Assembly: GCA_047285305.1 (NCBI GenBank)
Contig: JBJBDL010000003.1
Location: 1 to 64,000, forward strand
Direction of reading: 5' to 3'
DNA: 64,000 nt
Source of the DNA: Synechococcus sp.
Lineage (GTDB): Bacteria; Cyanobacteriota; Cyanobacteriia; PCC-6307; Cyanobiaceae
Shown: piece by piece, positions 32,830 through 44,757 of the stretch
How positions within the stretch are numbered: position 1 is the stretch's first letter
Layout: every line of letters begins with the position of its first letter
Position numbers and translations under genes: made by a program
The notes under the pieces: generated by a model
Told to the model about the DNA's origin: nothing
Databases searched by the model: none
Seen by the model: only the letters and a program-made list of their open reading frames with translations

Positions 32830-34175
32830 CCAGCCCCTCCTTCACCGACCTGCGGCAACGGTTGGCACAGGACGTGCCCCAGGGCCGCTGCGATGAGATT
32901 GGTGTCCGACGGCTTTGGTGGGCTGCCCTAGAAACCCTGCAGCAAGACCTGCTTGAGCGAGGCCTGGAACGAGGCATCTGGCTGGCTGCCCCCCTGCCAG
33001 CTCTCTACGAACCGGAATTACTGAAACATCTGCAGGGATGGGTGTGGGCTCCAGATCAACTGGATCAACTGGGTCCGCATCCAACAGCACTGCCGGGACG
33101 GTCCAGCAGCGATGAGCCCAGTTCCCTGAGGGGATTCCAACGCTTGTCCCTGGACCCTGACGACGGGGATGACCCACTGCTGCTGGTGATCACACCCGAG
33201 GTCCAGGTGGCCCTTGCCCTGCATGGGCCGGCCCAGAAGCGTCAGCTGCTGATGCGATGCGACCCGGCAACGCTCAGTGATGTGCTGGTGCAGCTAGGGG
33301 GGCGGCTGGAGCACCAGTCACCAGCGCAGGCCGAGCAGCTGCGCAAAGCGCTCGAATCGATCGGCTCCCTGCAGAGCAATGCAGCCTGGTCAGAACAGTT
33401 CTGGCCCCGTCTTACGGAGCGGCTCACCGGCACAGCCCCTGGGCTGATGCTGCAACCCATCCAGGCTGAGCGCCCACCGGAAGCGCCCAGCCATGGAGAT
33501 CTGAATTTGCTGGAAGCGATCACCCATGAGGTGAGAACCCCGCTGGCCACGATCCGAACATTGATCCGCTCTCTGCTGCGGCGGAAGGATCTGGCTGATG
33601 TCGTTGTGAATCGCTTGCGGCAGATCGATGTGGAATGCAGCGAGCAGATCGATCGATTTGGCCTGATCTTCCATGCCGCTGAACTGCAACGGGAGCCCAA
33701 CGAGGCCAATCTGGCCCGCACCGATTTGCAGGCCATGCTGAGCGCCCTTGCACCCAGCTGGACGGAGCAGCTGAACCGTCGCGGGATCGCCCTGGAGCTG
33801 GATCTAAGCGCTGACCTGCCCGCGATCCTCAGTGACTCCCGGCGACTGGAACCGATGCTGGGAGGTCTGATCGACCGCAGCACCAGGGGGCTCCCCTCCG
33901 GCAGTCAGCTCACGCTTCACCTCCAGGCAGCGGGTCCGCGGGTGAAGCTTCAGCTGCATGTGGAGCATCCCGACAGAAGCCAGGCCGCGGAGGCCGGCAC
34001 GTCTACCCAGCGCGAGAACGTGGGCACCGTCCTGAGCTGGGATCCCAGCACCGGGAGCCTGCAGTTAAGCCAAGATGCGACCCGCCAGATGATGGCCAGC
34101 CTGGGAGGCCGCTATCAGCCCAGGCGCGATCGCGACATCACCGTTTTTTTTCCGGTGCATACGCCCGGAGAGTGA
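32826..34175 (+). CDS. Soluble sensor histidine kinase, Hik34-like
   Basis: H-box HEVRTPLATIRT; no clear N/G1/G2 boxes. Confidence 0.7.
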   Translation: MTSPSFTDLRQRLAQDVPQGRCDEIGVRRLWWAALETLQQDLLERGLERGIWLAAPLPALYEPELLKHLQGWVWAPDQLDQLGPHPTALPGRSSSDEPSSLRGFQRLSLDPDDGDDPLLLVITPEVQVALALHGPAQKRQLLMRCDPATLSDVLVQLGGRLEHQSPAQAEQLRKALESIGSLQSNAAWSEQFWPRLTERLTGTAPGLMLQPIQAERPPEAPSHGDLNLLEAITHEVRTPLATIRTLIRSLLRRKDLADVVVNRLRQIDVECSEQIDRFGLIFHAAELQREPNEANLARTDLQAMLSALAPSWTEQLNRRGIALELDLSADLPAILSDSRRLEPMLGGLIDRSTRGLPSGSQLTLHLQAAGPRVKLQLHVEHPDRSQAAEAGTSTQRENVGTVLSWDPSTGSLQLSQDATRQMMASLGGRYQPRRDRDITVFFPVHTPGE

Positions 34176-34277
34176 TGGGTTTGTTGACGGGTGTGAAGCT
34201 TGCTGTCTGAGCTCAAAACAGGTCCCAAGAACGGTGCTACTTTCCAGCCATAACGGCTCTTGTGGATTCTTTCAGCC

Positions 34278-34709
34278 ATGGCAGCAACGGCGTTGAACGG
34301 TCAGCTTCCCCAGCACATCGCCAGCACTGGCGGCCTTCTTAATTCAGCGGAGACTGAAGAAAAATACGCAATCACCTGGACCAGCAAGACAGAGCAGGCT
34401 TTTGAGCTGCCCACTGGTGGCGCCGCTCTGATGAATTCAGGCGAGAACCTGATGTATTTCGCTCGTAAAGAACAGTGCCTCGCCCTCGGCACACAGCTGC
34501 GCACGAAATTCAAGCCCCGGATCGAGGACTACAAGATCTTCCGGATCTACCCCGGTGGTGACACCGAATTCCTGCATCCCAAGGATGGAGTGTTCTCCGA
34601 AAAGGTGAACGAGGGTCGTCCCATGGTGGGACACAACCCCCGTCGCATTGGCCAGAACGTCAACCCTGCCAACATCAAATTCAGCGGCCGCAACACCTTC
34701 GACGCCTGA
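34278..34709 (+). CDS. psaD: Photosystem I subunit II
   Basis: [30 protein letters not shown]. Confidence 0.96.
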   Translation: MAATALNGQLPQHIASTGGLLNSAETEEKYAITWTSKTEQAFELPTGGAALMNSGENLMYFARKEQCLALGTQLRTKFKPRIEDYKIFRIYPGGDTEFLHPKDGVFSEKVNEGRPMVGHNPRRIGQNVNPANIKFSGRNTFDA

Positions 34710-34769
34710 TCTCTCAAAACCGACGCCCGGAGGTCATCATCTCCGGGTCCCGGCTGCGATGATCAGGTC

Positions 34770-36287
34770 ATGTTCAGTCCCGATCGCGACGCCTTTCATC
34801 AGGCTGTTTGTAGTGGCGCCAATCTGATCCCTCTGGCTCAGAGTTGGCCCGCAGATCTTGAAACACCCCTCACCACCTGGATCAAGGTGGGTGACGGAAG
34901 ACCTCCAGGAGTGCTGCTGGAGTCCGTTGAGGGTGGTGAAACCTTGGGGCGTTGGAGCGTGATCGCCTGCGATCCGCTTTGGACGGCGTCAGCCCGCAAC
35001 GATCGTCTGACACGCACCTGGCGAAATGGTCGTGAAGAGACTTTCAACGGCAATCCATTCGAATCCCTGCGCGACTGCCTCGCGCCGTACTCCTGCGTCA
35101 ACCTGCCGGGCCTCCCTCCGCTTGGGCAGCTCTATGGCGTTTGGGGTTACGAACTGATCCAGTGGATCGAACCCACCGTCGCCGTTCATCCCCGCGCTGC
35201 TGCCGATCCCCCGGATGGGATCTGGATGTTGATGGACGCGATCTTGATCTTTGATCAGGTGAAACGACAGATCACCGCTGTCGCCTTCGGCGACCTCTCC
35301 AACGGAGCGGATGAGGATCAGGCCTGGCAAACCGCTATCGGACGGATCGCGGCCCTGCGCCAGCGGATGGACGCACCTCTGCCCGCCGTCAAACCACTGA
35401 ACTGGGATGCGAGAAGCAGAGAGCTTCCCGAGGTGCGCTCTAACCGCAGCCGCGATGAATTCGAAGCCGCCGTCGACACCGCCAAGGAACACATCGCAGC
35501 CGGCGATGTGTTCCAACTAGTTATCAGTCAGCGCCTGGCAACCGAGGTGCCTCAATCGCCCCTGGAGCTGTACCGCAGTTTGCGGATGGTGAATCCTTCC
35601 CCGTATATGGCGTTCTTCGACTTTGGGGACTGGCAACTGATTGGCTCCAGTCCGGAGGTGATGGTTCAAGCCGAACCCGCTGCTGATGGCATCCACGCCA
35701 GCCTTCGCCCCATCGCCGGAACAAGGCCCCGCGGCGCCACGCCCCTCGAAGACCGCGAACTGGAAGCTGACCTGCTGGCCGATCCCAAGGAACGGGCTGA
35801 GCACGTGATGCTGGTAGATCTGGGCCGCAATGACCTCGGCAGGGTCTGTCAGCCCGGAAGCGTGGCAGTGCAGGACCTGATGGTGATCGAGCGCTACTCC
35901 CACGTGATGCACATCGTCAGCCAAGTCGAAGGACGCCTCGGCCCGTCACACGACGTGTGGGATCTGCTGATGGCGGCGTTCCCCGCAGGCACCGTCAGCG
36001 GCGCACCAAAAATCCGGGCGATGCAACTCATCCACGAACTTGAGCCCGATGCCCGTGGCCCCTATTCCGGGGTCTACGGATCCGTTGATCTGGCCGGGGC
36101 CCTAAACACAGCGATCACGATCCGCACCATGGTGGTGCAACCCCGTGATGGCGGGGGATGCCGGGTGAAAGTGCAGGCCGGAGCCGGCGTTGTGGCCGAT
36201 TCACAGCCGACGGCGGAGTTTGAGGAGACCCTCAACAAAGCCAGGGGAATGCTGACCGCACTGGCGTGCCTGAATCCGCCGGGATGA
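34770..36287 (+). CDS. trpE: Anthranilate synthase component I
   Basis: LLESVE, NPSPYM, PIAGTRPRG, AEHVMLVDLGRND. Confidence 0.93.
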   Translation: MFSPDRDAFHQAVCSGANLIPLAQSWPADLETPLTTWIKVGDGRPPGVLLESVEGGETLGRWSVIACDPLWTASARNDRLTRTWRNGREETFNGNPFESLRDCLAPYSCVNLPGLPPLGQLYGVWGYELIQWIEPTVAVHPRAAADPPDGIWMLMDAILIFDQVKRQITAVAFGDLSNGADEDQAWQTAIGRIAALRQRMDAPLPAVKPLNWDARSRELPEVRSNRSRDEFEAAVDTAKEHIAAGDVFQLVISQRLATEVPQSPLELYRSLRMVNPSPYMAFFDFGDWQLIGSSPEVMVQAEPAADGIHASLRPIAGTRPRGATPLEDRELEADLLADPKERAEHVMLVDLGRNDLGRVCQPGSVAVQDLMVIERYSHVMHIVSQVEGRLGPSHDVWDLLMAAFPAGTVSGAPKIRAMQLIHELEPDARGPYSGVYGSVDLAGALNTAITIRTMVVQPRDGGGCRVKVQAGAGVVADSQPTAEFEETLNKARGMLTALACLNPPG

Positions 36288-37426
36288 CAGTGCAACCCCT
36301 TCTGCTGAAAGGCTTCGAGGTTGAACTGTTCACCGGTCGAAGCAACGGAGCCAACGTGGGCGTCGCCCACGACGTGGCCAGGGACCTGCCTGGCTTCGTG
36401 ACGGAACCGGACCGTCGCAACCTCGAATACGTCACCGACCCGATCCGGGATTACGCCGAACTGCCCGAGGCGCTGCTGGCTCCCCGGAGGACACTGCGGC
36501 GGTGGCTGCAGAAGCGAGAGCTAACGCTTCTCCCCGGCAGCACCATGAGCCTTGGTGACAGCAGCCGATTCGAACGCTCCGACCCCGAGAACGGATATCA
36601 CACGCTGATTGAACAGCTGTATGGCACCAAGGTCGTGACAGCCAGCATCCATATCAACCTCGGGATCACAGATCTCAACTGGTTGTTTGCAGCAGTCCGG
36701 CTCGTGCGCTGCGAAGCGGCTCTGCTGCTTGCCCTGAGTGCAAGTTCTCCCTTCTTGGATGGGCGGAGCACCAGCCACCACTCCCAGCGCTGGCATCAAT
36801 TCCCTCTCACGCCCGCTGCGGTTCCTCTTTTTAGGGATCACGAGCACTACATCCAGTGGGTGGAGGAGCAACTGGCCACGGGTGCCATGCGCAACGAGCG
36901 TCACCTGTGGACGTCGATTCGGCCCAATGGTCCGCGGCGCCCCTACGACCTCAACCGGTTGGAATTAAGGATCTGTGATCTGGTCACTAATCCCGATGAG
37001 CTGCTGGCGATCACCTGTCTGCTGGAGCTGCGGCTGCTGGCCCTCAAAAACAACATCGAAAGCCTCGATCCACTCAGCAGCAGTTCGCTGAGCGCCGCTG
37101 AACTGGTCCAGCTCGCCGACAGCAACGACGCCGCCGTGGCCCGATCCAGCCTGAATGCTGAACTCCGACATTGGCGGGATGGCCGTGTCATCAAGTGCAA
37201 AGAGTGGCTGCTGGAGCTGATTGATCAGCTGACTCCCCTAGCCGAATCGCTCCAGCTCAGGTCATGCTTGAAGCCCTTGGATTCCCTGCTTGTCCATGGC
37301 AATCAGGCCATGCGCTGGGAAGCGGCCCATGGCCGGGGCCAATCCATCGAAAACCTGCTTCAGGAAGGTATTCAGCGGATGGAGGAGGAGGAACAGATCT
37401 CCACCGGGGAAGCCTGTTTGGGATGA
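36284..37426 (+). CDS. gshA: Glutamate--cysteine ligase, cyanobacterial type
   Basis: [32 protein letters not shown]. Confidence 0.88.
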   Translation: MTVQPLLLKGFEVELFTGRSNGANVGVAHDVARDLPGFVTEPDRRNLEYVTDPIRDYAELPEALLAPRRTLRRWLQKRELTLLPGSTMSLGDSSRFERSDPENGYHTLIEQLYGTKVVTASIHINLGITDLNWLFAAVRLVRCEAALLLALSASSPFLDGRSTSHHSQRWHQFPLTPAAVPLFRDHEHYIQWVEEQLATGAMRNERHLWTSIRPNGPRRPYDLNRLELRICDLVTNPDELLAITCLLELRLLALKNNIESLDPLSSSSLSAAELVQLADSNDAAVARSSLNAELRHWRDGRVIKCKEWLLELIDQLTPLAESLQLRSCLKPLDSLLVHGNQAMRWEAAHGRGQSIENLLQEGIQRMEEEEQISTGEACLG

Positions 37427-40400
37427 TCATGTCGAGTTCGTCGCAGCGTGGAGACTTCATGCCTGAGTCCACCACCCCTGTCTCCGAGCAAGAGACTGCA
37501 CGCTTGAGCGGTGGCGGATCCGGCGCAGGACAGCTTCTTCAGCACCGCCTGGACCTGATTGAAGACCTATGGAAGTCGGTGCTGCGCAGCGAGTGCCCAC
37601 CGGTGCAGAGCGAACGCCTGCTGAGGCTCAAACAACTCAGCGATCCCGTCTCTTTGGAAGGTCGAGATGGCGACAGCACGAGCGAGGCGATCGTCGAGCT
37701 AATCAAGGCCATGGACCTTTCGGAGGCCATCTCGGCGGCCCGTGCCTTTTCGCTGTATTTCCAGCTCATCAACATCCTTGAGCAACGGATCGAGGAAGAC
37801 AGCTATCTCGACAGCCTGAGACCCAATTCCAGTGCTGACACGGCCCAACGGGACGCCTTTGATCCCTTCGCCCCGCCCCTCGCCAACCAGACCGATCCGG
37901 CCACCTTTGGAGAGGTCTTCGAGCGGCTGCGGCGGATGAACGTCCCCCCCGCGCAGGTGGAACAACTGCTGCGGGAACTGGACATCCGGCTGGTCTTCAC
38001 CGCGCACCCCACGGAGATCGTGCGGCACACGGTGCGGCACAAGCAGAGGCGGGTGGCCAACCTGCTCCAGCAGCTTCAATCCGACGCCCCTCTGGCGCAT
38101 CAGCTGCGTGAGGACTGCCGCGACCAACTGGAGGAGGAAATCCGCCTGTGGTGGCGAACCGATGAACTCCACCAGTTCAAGCCCACCGTGATCGATGAGG
38201 TGGATTCAACCCTGCACTATTTCCAGCAGGTGTTGTTTGACGCGATGCCGCAACTGCGCAGAAGGCTGATCTCCGCCCTGCATCGCCACTACCCCGATGT
38301 ACAGGTCCCCCAGGCATCGTTCTGCACCTTTGGCTCCTGGGTGGGTTCCGATCGGGACGGCAATCCTTCGGTCACACCCGAGATCACCTGGCGAACCGCC
38401 TGTTATCAGCGTCAGTTGATGCTGGAGCTCTACATCAGTTCTGTGCAGTCGCTCAGGCAGCAGCTGAGCATCTCCATGCAATGGAGTCAGGTGGCTCCAT
38501 CACTGCTGGAGTCGCTGGAGATGGATCGGCTCCGGTTCCCGGAGATCTACGAGCGCAGAGCAGCGCGGTACCGACTGGAGCCCTACCGGCTGAAGCTCTG
38601 CTACGTGCTCGAAAAACTGGAGCGCACCCTCGCCCGCAACAATCAATTGTCGGAAGCGGGCTGGCAGATGCCCTGTGAGGCGCTGGCCGGTCCCCAGGTC
38701 GGGCTGAGCGGCGCTGAGGTTCTCCACTACACCTCGGTGGACCAGTTCCGCAGTGATCTGGAGTTGGTGCGCAACAGCCTCGTCAGCACCGAATTGAGCT
38801 GCGAACACCTCGACACTCTGCTGCACCAGGTGCACATCTTTGGGTTCTCACTGGCCAGCCTTGACATCCGTCAGGAGAGCACCCGCCACAGCGATGCCAT
38901 CGATGAACTCACCCGCAGCCTTGAACTGCCCCAGGCCTATGGGGACATGGATGAGACGGAGCGGATGGCATGGCTCCTGCAGGAACTGCAGACCCGTCGC
39001 CCCCTGATCCCGCCTGCCGCCAGCTGGTCGGCAGCGACGGCCGAGACGCTGGCGGTGTTCCGAATGCTGCAGCGCCTCCAGGAGGAGTTCGGTCCGCGGA
39101 TCTGCAACTCCTACGTGATCTCCATGAGCCACACGGCATCGGATCTCTTGGAGGTCCTGCTTCTCGCCAAGGAGGCGGGTCTTGTAGACCCGCCCAACAA
39201 ACGGGCCTCCCTGTTGGTGGTGCCGCTGTTCGAAACCGTGGAGGATCTCCAACGAGCCCCTGAGGTGATGGAGGGACTGTTCAAGACGCCTCTCTACCGC
39301 GAACTCCTCCCAGTCGTGGGGCAGCAAAAGCAGCCGCTGCAGGAGCTGATGCTGGGCTACTCCGACAGCAACAAGGATTCCGGCTTCCTCTCCAGCAACT
39401 GGGAGATCCATCAGGCTCAGATCGCCCTTCAGGAACTCGCCAGCCGCCAGGACGTGGCGCTTCGCCTCTTCCACGGCCGCGGTGGATCCGTCAGTCGTGG
39501 TGGTGGGCCGGCCTATCAAGCAATCCTGGCCCAACCCAGCGGCACACTGCAGGGCCGGATCAAAATCACCGAACAGGGTGAAGTGCTGGCCTCGAAGTAC
39601 AGCCTGCCCGAGTTGGCGCTCTACAACCTGGAGACCGTTACCACGGCCGTGGTGCAGAACAGCCTGGTGACCAACCAGCTTGATGCGACACCCAGCTGGA
39701 ACCAGCTGATGAGTCGCCTCGCCACCCGCTCACGGGAGCATTACCGGGCTCTCGTTCACGACAATCCCGATCTGGTGGCGTTTTTCCAGCAGGTGACACC
39801 GATCGAGGAAATCAGCAAGCTGCAGATCTCCAGTCGACCAGCCCGACGCAAAACCGGCGCCAAGGACCTCTCCAGCCTGCGGGCGATTCCCTGGGTTTTC
39901 GGCTGGACCCAGAGTCGGTTCCTTCTGCCGAGCTGGTTTGGCTTCGGCACGGCGCTGTCGGAAGAAGTGGGCGGCGACTCCGAACAACTCGACCTGCTGC
40001 GGCGCCTCCATCAACGTTGGCCGTTCTTCCGGATGCTCATTTCCAAGGTGGAAATGACCCTCTCCAAGGTGGATCTCGACCTGGCTCATCACTACATGAA
40101 CAGCCTGGGGCACCCCGAACAGCGGGAAGCCTTTGAAGCGATCTTCCAGGTGATCGCCAAGGAATACGAACTCACCCGCCAACTGGTTCTGGAAATCACG
40201 GGACAAAACCGACTGCTGGGCGCTGATCAAGGGCTTCAGCTGTCTGTTGATCTGCGCAACCGCACCATCGTTCCCCTGGGCTTCCTTCAGGTTGCGCTGC
40301 TGAAGCGGCTACGGGATCAGAACCGGCAACCGCCCATGAGCGAGACGCCAGGCGCCCCCGAAGACACCCGCACCTACAGCCGCAGTGAACTGCTGCGGGG

Positions 40401-40452
40401 GGCCTTGCTCACACTCAACGGCATTGCAGCCGGCATGCGCAACACCGGCTGA
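37423..40452 (+). CDS. ppc: Phosphoenolpyruvate carboxylase
   Basis: [43 protein letters not shown]; start approximate. Confidence 0.97.
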   Translation: MIMSSSSQRGDFMPESTTPVSEQETARLSGGGSGAGQLLQHRLDLIEDLWKSVLRSECPPVQSERLLRLKQLSDPVSLEGRDGDSTSEAIVELIKAMDLSEAISAARAFSLYFQLINILEQRIEEDSYLDSLRPNSSADTAQRDAFDPFAPPLANQTDPATFGEVFERLRRMNVPPAQVEQLLRELDIRLVFTAHPTEIVRHTVRHKQRRVANLLQQLQSDAPLAHQLREDCRDQLEEEIRLWWRTDELHQFKPTVIDEVDSTLHYFQQVLFDAMPQLRRRLISALHRHYPDVQVPQASFCTFGSWVGSDRDGNPSVTPEITWRTACYQRQLMLELYISSVQSLRQQLSISMQWSQVAPSLLESLEMDRLRFPEIYERRAARYRLEPYRLKLCYVLEKLERTLARNNQLSEAGWQMPCEALAGPQVGLSGAEVLHYTSVDQFRSDLELVRNSLVSTELSCEHLDTLLHQVHIFGFSLASLDIRQESTRHSDAIDELTRSLELPQAYGDMDETERMAWLLQELQTRRPLIPPAASWSAATAETLAVFRMLQRLQEEFGPRICNSYVISMSHTASDLLEVLLLAKEAGLVDPPNKRASLLVVPLFETVEDLQRAPEVMEGLFKTPLYRELLPVVGQQKQPLQELMLGYSDSNKDSGFLSSNWEIHQAQIALQELASRQDVALRLFHGRGGSVSRGGGPAYQAILAQPSGTLQGRIKITEQGEVLASKYSLPELALYNLETVTTAVVQNSLVTNQLDATPSWNQLMSRLATRSREHYRALVHDNPDLVAFFQQVTPIEEISKLQISSRPARRKTGAKDLSSLRAIPWVFGWTQSRFLLPSWFGFGTALSEEVGGDSEQLDLLRRLHQRWPFFRMLISKVEMTLSKVDLDLAHHYMNSLGHPEQREAFEAIFQVIAKEYELTRQLVLEITGQNRLLGADQGLQLSVDLRNRTIVPLGFLQVALLKRLRDQNRQPPMSETPGAPEDTRTYSRSELLRGALLTLNGIAAGMRNTG

Positions 40453-40458
40453 TCCACA

Positions 40459-40914
40459 GTGCTGTCCTTCCTTCAACAACCCTCGATTCCACCCTTGCCC
40501 GAGGGAACGCGACTCGAAACATCAACCCCTCCCACCTCCCAGCAGCTCAACACGTTGCTGATGTCCTGCGGGGAATCAACCCACCCTGAGGAACGCTGGG
40601 AGCTCGCCCTTCAGCGCAGCCTGTGGCAAATCAGCATCCTGGATGAATCAACTGGAGAACTGATCGGATTTGTGCGGGCCACCAGTGATCTGGCCCTCAA
40701 CGCCAATCTTTGGAACCTGGCCGCCAAGCCAGGACAGAACCAAGGTGCTCTTTTCGCCGTTCTAGTGCACCGAGCCCTACAGATTCTTCGCCGGGATCTG
40801 CCGGGCTGCAGCCTTTCAATCTCAGCCCCTGCGGATGCGTTGGAGGCTCTCAAACAGCAAGGTTTCCTGATTGATCCCAATGGCATTCGCGCCATGGGCC
40901 TCAGCCTTAGCTGA
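40459..40914 (+). CDS. GNAT-fold N-acetyltransferase-like protein
   Basis: LIGFVRATSDLALNANLW resembles cyanobacterial GNATs. Confidence 0.7.
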   Translation: MLSFLQQPSIPPLPEGTRLETSTPPTSQQLNTLLMSCGESTHPEERWELALQRSLWQISILDESTGELIGFVRATSDLALNANLWNLAAKPGQNQGALFAVLVHRALQILRRDLPGCSLSISAPADALEALKQQGFLIDPNGIRAMGLSLS

Positions 40915-40931
40915 GACATTGAGTTCAAACA

Positions 40932-41005
40932 CGAGCATGGAGGGACTCGAACCCCCGACCCTCAGAACCGGAATCTGATGCTCTATCCAACTGAGCTACA
41001 TGCCC
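40932..41005 (-). tRNA. tRNA-Arg(CCG)
   Basis: GGGCATGTAGCTCAGTTGGATAGAGCATCAGATTCCGGTTCTGA...GTTCGAGTC. Confidence 0.95.
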
Positions 41006-41087
41006 ACTGATCGGCGTTAAGCCGCAGTGATATCGAGCGTCAACCGTCCCGATACAGGTACCTTACTCACTGGTCGCCCCAGCACCC

Positions 41088-42203
41088 ATCCGGCTCCACA
41101 GGCTCCAACTGCAGGGCTTCCGGAACCACACCGTTCTGCAGCTGGAACTGACGCAGCCACGCCTTTTGGTGATCGGGCCCAATGGCATTGGCAAGTCCAA
41201 CCTGCTCGAAGCGGTTGAACTGCTGGGCAGCCTGCGCTCCCATCGCTGCAGTAACGATCGCGATCTGATCCAGTGGGACGCTCCACAGGCCCTGATCCGG
41301 GCCGACGTGGGGGATGGGGATCGTCTGGAACTGGAACTGCGCCGGCAGGGAGGTCGTCAGGCCAAAAGGAACGGCAAGCTGCTCGATCGGCAGCTAGACC
41401 TGATTGGCCCGCTGCGCTGCATTGGCTTCAGCGCCCTGGATCTTGATCTGGTGCGGGGCGAACCCGCCTTACGCCGCCAGTGGCTGGACCGCGTCGTGCT
41501 GCAGCTCGAACCGGTGTATGCCGATCTGATGGCACGGCTGAACCGGTTGCTGCGGCAGCGCAGCCAGCTCTGGCACCAGAGGCAGGTCTCCAGTGCCGAA
41601 CGCCATGCGCTGCTCGATGCCTTTGACGTTCAGATGGCGCTAGTGAGCACCCGAATTCACCGGCGACGGCAACGGGCCCTGCATCGGTTGGAACCGATCG
41701 CCCAACGCTGGCAGGCCCACCTCAGCAGGGGTACAGAAGCCTTGGAACTGCACTACAAACCCGGCAGCAAGCTCGATGGGGAGGATGCCGAAGAGCCCTG
41801 GCGACTCGCCATCGAGGAGCAACTGCGCGAACAGCGGGGAGAGGAGGAACGGCTCGGCAGCTGCCGTGTGGGACCTCACAGAGATGAGATCGCCCTGCTG
41901 CTGGGAGGCAGCCCGGCACGACGGTTTGGTTCGGCCGGTCAGCAGCGGTCGCTGGTCCTGGGCCTGAAGCTCGCCGAACTGGAGCTGGTGACCAAGCTGT
42001 GTGGGGAACCTCCACTGCTGCTTCTCGATGACGTGCTGGCCGAACTGGATCCCACCCGCCAGCAGCTCCTACTCGAAGCTGTGGGTGAGTCGCATCAATG
42101 CCTGGTGAGCGCCACTCACCTCGAGGGCTTCGGCGGCGGATGGCAGCAGCAGGCCCAAATTCTCGGAGCAAGAGAGCTGAGACCCGACCTGAAGATCGGA
42201 TAG
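41088..42203 (+). CDS. recF: DNA replication/repair protein RecF; start uncertain
   Basis: [31 protein letters not shown]; homology-like segment [14 protein letters not shown] upstream of the first canonical start. Confidence 0.92.
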   Translation: MRLHRLQLQGFRNHTVLQLELTQPRLLVIGPNGIGKSNLLEAVELLGSLRSHRCSNDRDLIQWDAPQALIRADVGDGDRLELELRRQGGRQAKRNGKLLDRQLDLIGPLRCIGFSALDLDLVRGEPALRRQWLDRVVLQLEPVYADLMARLNRLLRQRSQLWHQRQVSSAERHALLDAFDVQMALVSTRIHRRRQRALHRLEPIAQRWQAHLSRGTEALELHYKPGSKLDGEDAEEPWRLAIEEQLREQRGEEERLGSCRVGPHRDEIALLLGGSPARRFGSAGQQRSLVLGLKLAELELVTKLCGEPPLLLLDDVLAELDPTRQQLLLEAVGESHQCLVSATHLEGFGGGWQQQAQILGARELRPDLKIG

Positions 42204-42234
42204 GGTGGCTGACTTGTTTTTCTCTCATTGCCTG

Positions 42235-42702
42235 ATGGAGCAGACCCTCTCTGAATTGCACCCCAACCCGGGATGGGGAGCAGCTGAGATTCATTCCACC
42301 GACATGGTCGGCAAACACTGCATTCTCGAGCTCTACGACTGCGATCCGAGCCGGCTCGACGACGAAGCATTCATCCGTACAACGATCACCTCAGCAGCCA
42401 AAGGCGCTGGTGCGACGCTGCTGAACCTGATCACCCATCAATTTCAACCCCAGGGCGTCACGGGCCTGGCCCTGCTGGCGGAATCCCACATTTCCATCCA
42501 CACCTGGCCGGAATCGGGCTACGCGGCCGTTGATGTGTTCACCTGTGGTGACCACACCATGCCGGAACATGCCTGCGCCATTCTCTGTAGCGAGCTTCAA
42601 GCGAAACGGCACGCGCTGAAGAGCTTTTTGCGAGAAACGCCTGCAGCCATCGCCACAGGGGTGAGAGAACCCGTGGAAACGCCAAGCCAGCTCCCCAGCT
42701 GA
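42235..42702 (+). CDS. speD: S-adenosylmethionine decarboxylase proenzyme
   Basis: [28 protein letters not shown]. Confidence 0.88.
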   Translation: MEQTLSELHPNPGWGAAEIHSTDMVGKHCILELYDCDPSRLDDEAFIRTTITSAAKGAGATLLNLITHQFQPQGVTGLALLAESHISIHTWPESGYAAVDVFTCGDHTMPEHACAILCSELQAKRHALKSFLRETPAAIATGVREPVETPSQLPS

Positions 42703-42718
42703 ACAGGCCCATGGAAGA

Positions 42719-43546
42719 TCAGCGGCGGTTCAACTTGCCGCTGACCAAACCTTCAAGATCCAGGTTGACGGAGGTGAAGCCAAGGGAGCGAAAGGCCTCG
42801 ACCAGAGGTTCGCTCTCCGCGAACTCGAGCAATGTGCGAATTTGCTCTCTGGGCACCTCAATCCGCGCGGCGAGACCGTGGGATCGCACACGGACGGTGC
42901 TGAAGCCCCTGGCGATCAACCAGGCCTCCGCCTGACCCACCCGCTTTAACCGCTCTGCGCTGATGCTTTCGCCGTAGGGGAAGCGAGAGGCCAAGCAGGG
43001 CTGTGCCGGCTTGTCCCACCAGGGAAAACCGAGGGCCCGGGACAAGGCACGGATTGCTGCTTTGTCGATTGACAATTCAGCCAGGGGGGAGCGAACCCCC
43101 GCCTGTCGGGCCGCATCAATACCAGGCCGATGATCACCCAGATCATCGAGATTGACCCCATCAATCACCAAGGCATCACCCGCAGCCGCAGCAATTGGCT
43201 GAAGGTGGTGGTGCAGTTCACGTTTGCAGGCAAAGCAGCGATCCACCGGGTTGCTGCTGTAGTCGGGGTCGTTCAACTCGGCCGTTGCACATTCCCGATG
43301 CGCAATGCCGATCCAGGAGGCCTGATCACGAGCTTCCCGCAACAGATGCGGCGCCAGGGCCGGGGAGACCCCCGTCACCGCCATGGCGGCATCGCCCTTG
43401 GCTTCGTAGGCCATCGCCGCCACCAGAGTGCTGTCGACCCCACCGGAGTACGCCACACACAGGGCTGACTGCGCTGACATCCAGTGCCGCAGGTCCGCCA
43501 GCAGCTGCTGCTCTCGATCCGCCAAAGGCTCCTGCAACCGAAACAT
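42719..43546 (-). CDS. larE: LarE-family ATP-dependent sulfur transferase (TIGR00268)
   Basis: AYSGGVDS PP-loop, RCFACK, DHRPG, PCLASR. Confidence 0.85.
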   Translation of the reverse strand: MFRLQEPLADREQQLLADLRHWMSAQSALCVAYSGGVDSTLVAAMAYEAKGDAAMAVTGVSPALAPHLLREARDQASWIGIAHRECATAELNDPDYSSNPVDRCFACKRELHHHLQPIAAAAGDALVIDGVNLDDLGDHRPGIDAARQAGVRSPLAELSIDKAAIRALSRALGFPWWDKPAQPCLASRFPYGESISAERLKRVGQAEAWLIARGFSTVRVRSHGLAARIEVPREQIRTLLEFAESEPLVEAFRSLGFTSVNLDLEGLVSGKLNRR

Positions 43547-43599
43547 CAGCGGGGAAAACCAGTTGAGCTAGGTAGGCTCCAACGGTAAGAGCTGTCCCC

Positions 43600-44748
43600 A
43601 TGCCTCGAAGCATCGGCATTGTCACCGCAGCGGACAGCCGCGAGCGCAGCCACGGACAGCTGCACATCTATGACGGCGAGGGCAAGGGCAAAAGCCAGGC
43701 AGCCCTTGGGGTTGTGCTGCGCACCATTGGACTCGGCATCTGCGAGCAGCGGCAGACTCGGGTGCTGCTGTTGCGCTTCCTGAAGGGCCCAGGACGGGCC
43801 TACGACGAGGATGCGGCCATCGAGGCCTTGCAACAGGGGTTTCCTCATCTGATCGACCACCTGCGCACAGGAAGGGCCGATCACTTCACCGCCGACGAAG
43901 CCACACGATTCGACCGAGATGAAGCCCAGCGGGGCTGGGTGATTGCAAAGGGTGCCATCGCCAGTGCCCTCTACTCAGTGGTGGTTCTAGACGAGCTGAA
44001 TCCTGTGCTCGATCTCGGCCTGCTGGACCTGGAGGACGTGGTCCGCACCCTCAGCAACCGGCCGGAGGGGATGGAGATCATTGTCACCGGTCGGGCCGCA
44101 CCGGCCCCCTTGGTGCGTGAGGCCGACCTGCACTCCGAGATGCGGGCCCATCGCCGTCCGGGCATGAACGACAACCGGGTGGTGCCTCTCAATGTGAGCA
44201 GCGGTGTTGAGATCTACACCGGTGAAGGCAAAGGCAAATCAACCAGTGCACTGGGGAAAGCGCTGCAAGCCATCGGGCGGGGCATCAGCCAGGACAAGAG
44301 CCATCGGGTCTTGATCCTGCAGTGGCTCAAAGGCGGCAGCGGCTACACCGAAGATGCAGCCATCGCCGCCCTGCGCGAGAGCTACCCTCATTTAGTGGAC
44401 CACCTCCGCTCCGGCCGCGATGCCATCGTCTGGCGTGGCCAGCAGGAGCCGATTGATTACGTGGAAGCCGAGCGAGCCTGGGAGATCGCACGGGCAGCCA
44501 TCTCAAGCGGCCTCTACAAGACCGTGATCCTCGATGAGTTGAACCCCACAGTCGACCTAGAGCTGCTGCCCGTCGAACCGATCCTGCAGACCCTGCTCCG
44601 CAAACCGGCGGAAACCGAGGTGATCATCACGGGGCGCTGCAAAAACCCTCCGGCCTATTTCGACCTGGCCAGCATCCATTCAGAGATGGTGTGCCACAAG
44701 CACTACGCCGAACAGGGCGTCGACCTGAAGAGAGGGGTGGATTACTAA
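43600..44748 (+). CDS. cobO: Cob(I)yrinic acid a,c-diamide adenosyltransferase, tandem-duplicated domain
   Basis: Two GEGKGKS P-loops, each followed by LDELNP and ITGR/VTGR. Confidence 0.88.
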   Translation: MPRSIGIVTAADSRERSHGQLHIYDGEGKGKSQAALGVVLRTIGLGICEQRQTRVLLLRFLKGPGRAYDEDAAIEALQQGFPHLIDHLRTGRADHFTADEATRFDRDEAQRGWVIAKGAIASALYSVVVLDELNPVLDLGLLDLEDVVRTLSNRPEGMEIIVTGRAAPAPLVREADLHSEMRAHRRPGMNDNRVVPLNVSSGVEIYTGEGKGKSTSALGKALQAIGRGISQDKSHRVLILQWLKGGSGYTEDAAIAALRESYPHLVDHLRSGRDAIVWRGQQEPIDYVEAERAWEIARAAISSGLYKTVILDELNPTVDLELLPVEPILQTLLRKPAETEVIITGRCKNPPAYFDLASIHSEMVCHKHYAEQGVDLKRGVDY

Positions 44749-44757
44749 CCCTGAGGC

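Noticed and set aside
34126..34133. HIP1 octamer GCGATCGC
   Set aside because: Only sporadic copies noticed; no sign of enrichment.
37264..37422. N-terminal extension of Ppc overlapping gshA
   Set aside because: Overlaps the gshA coding region; the ATG at 37423 in an ATGA overlap, or a later Met, is more plausible.
43600..44748. Internal duplication of cobO as a novelty
   Set aside because: The two-domain form is the usual cyanobacterial architecture.
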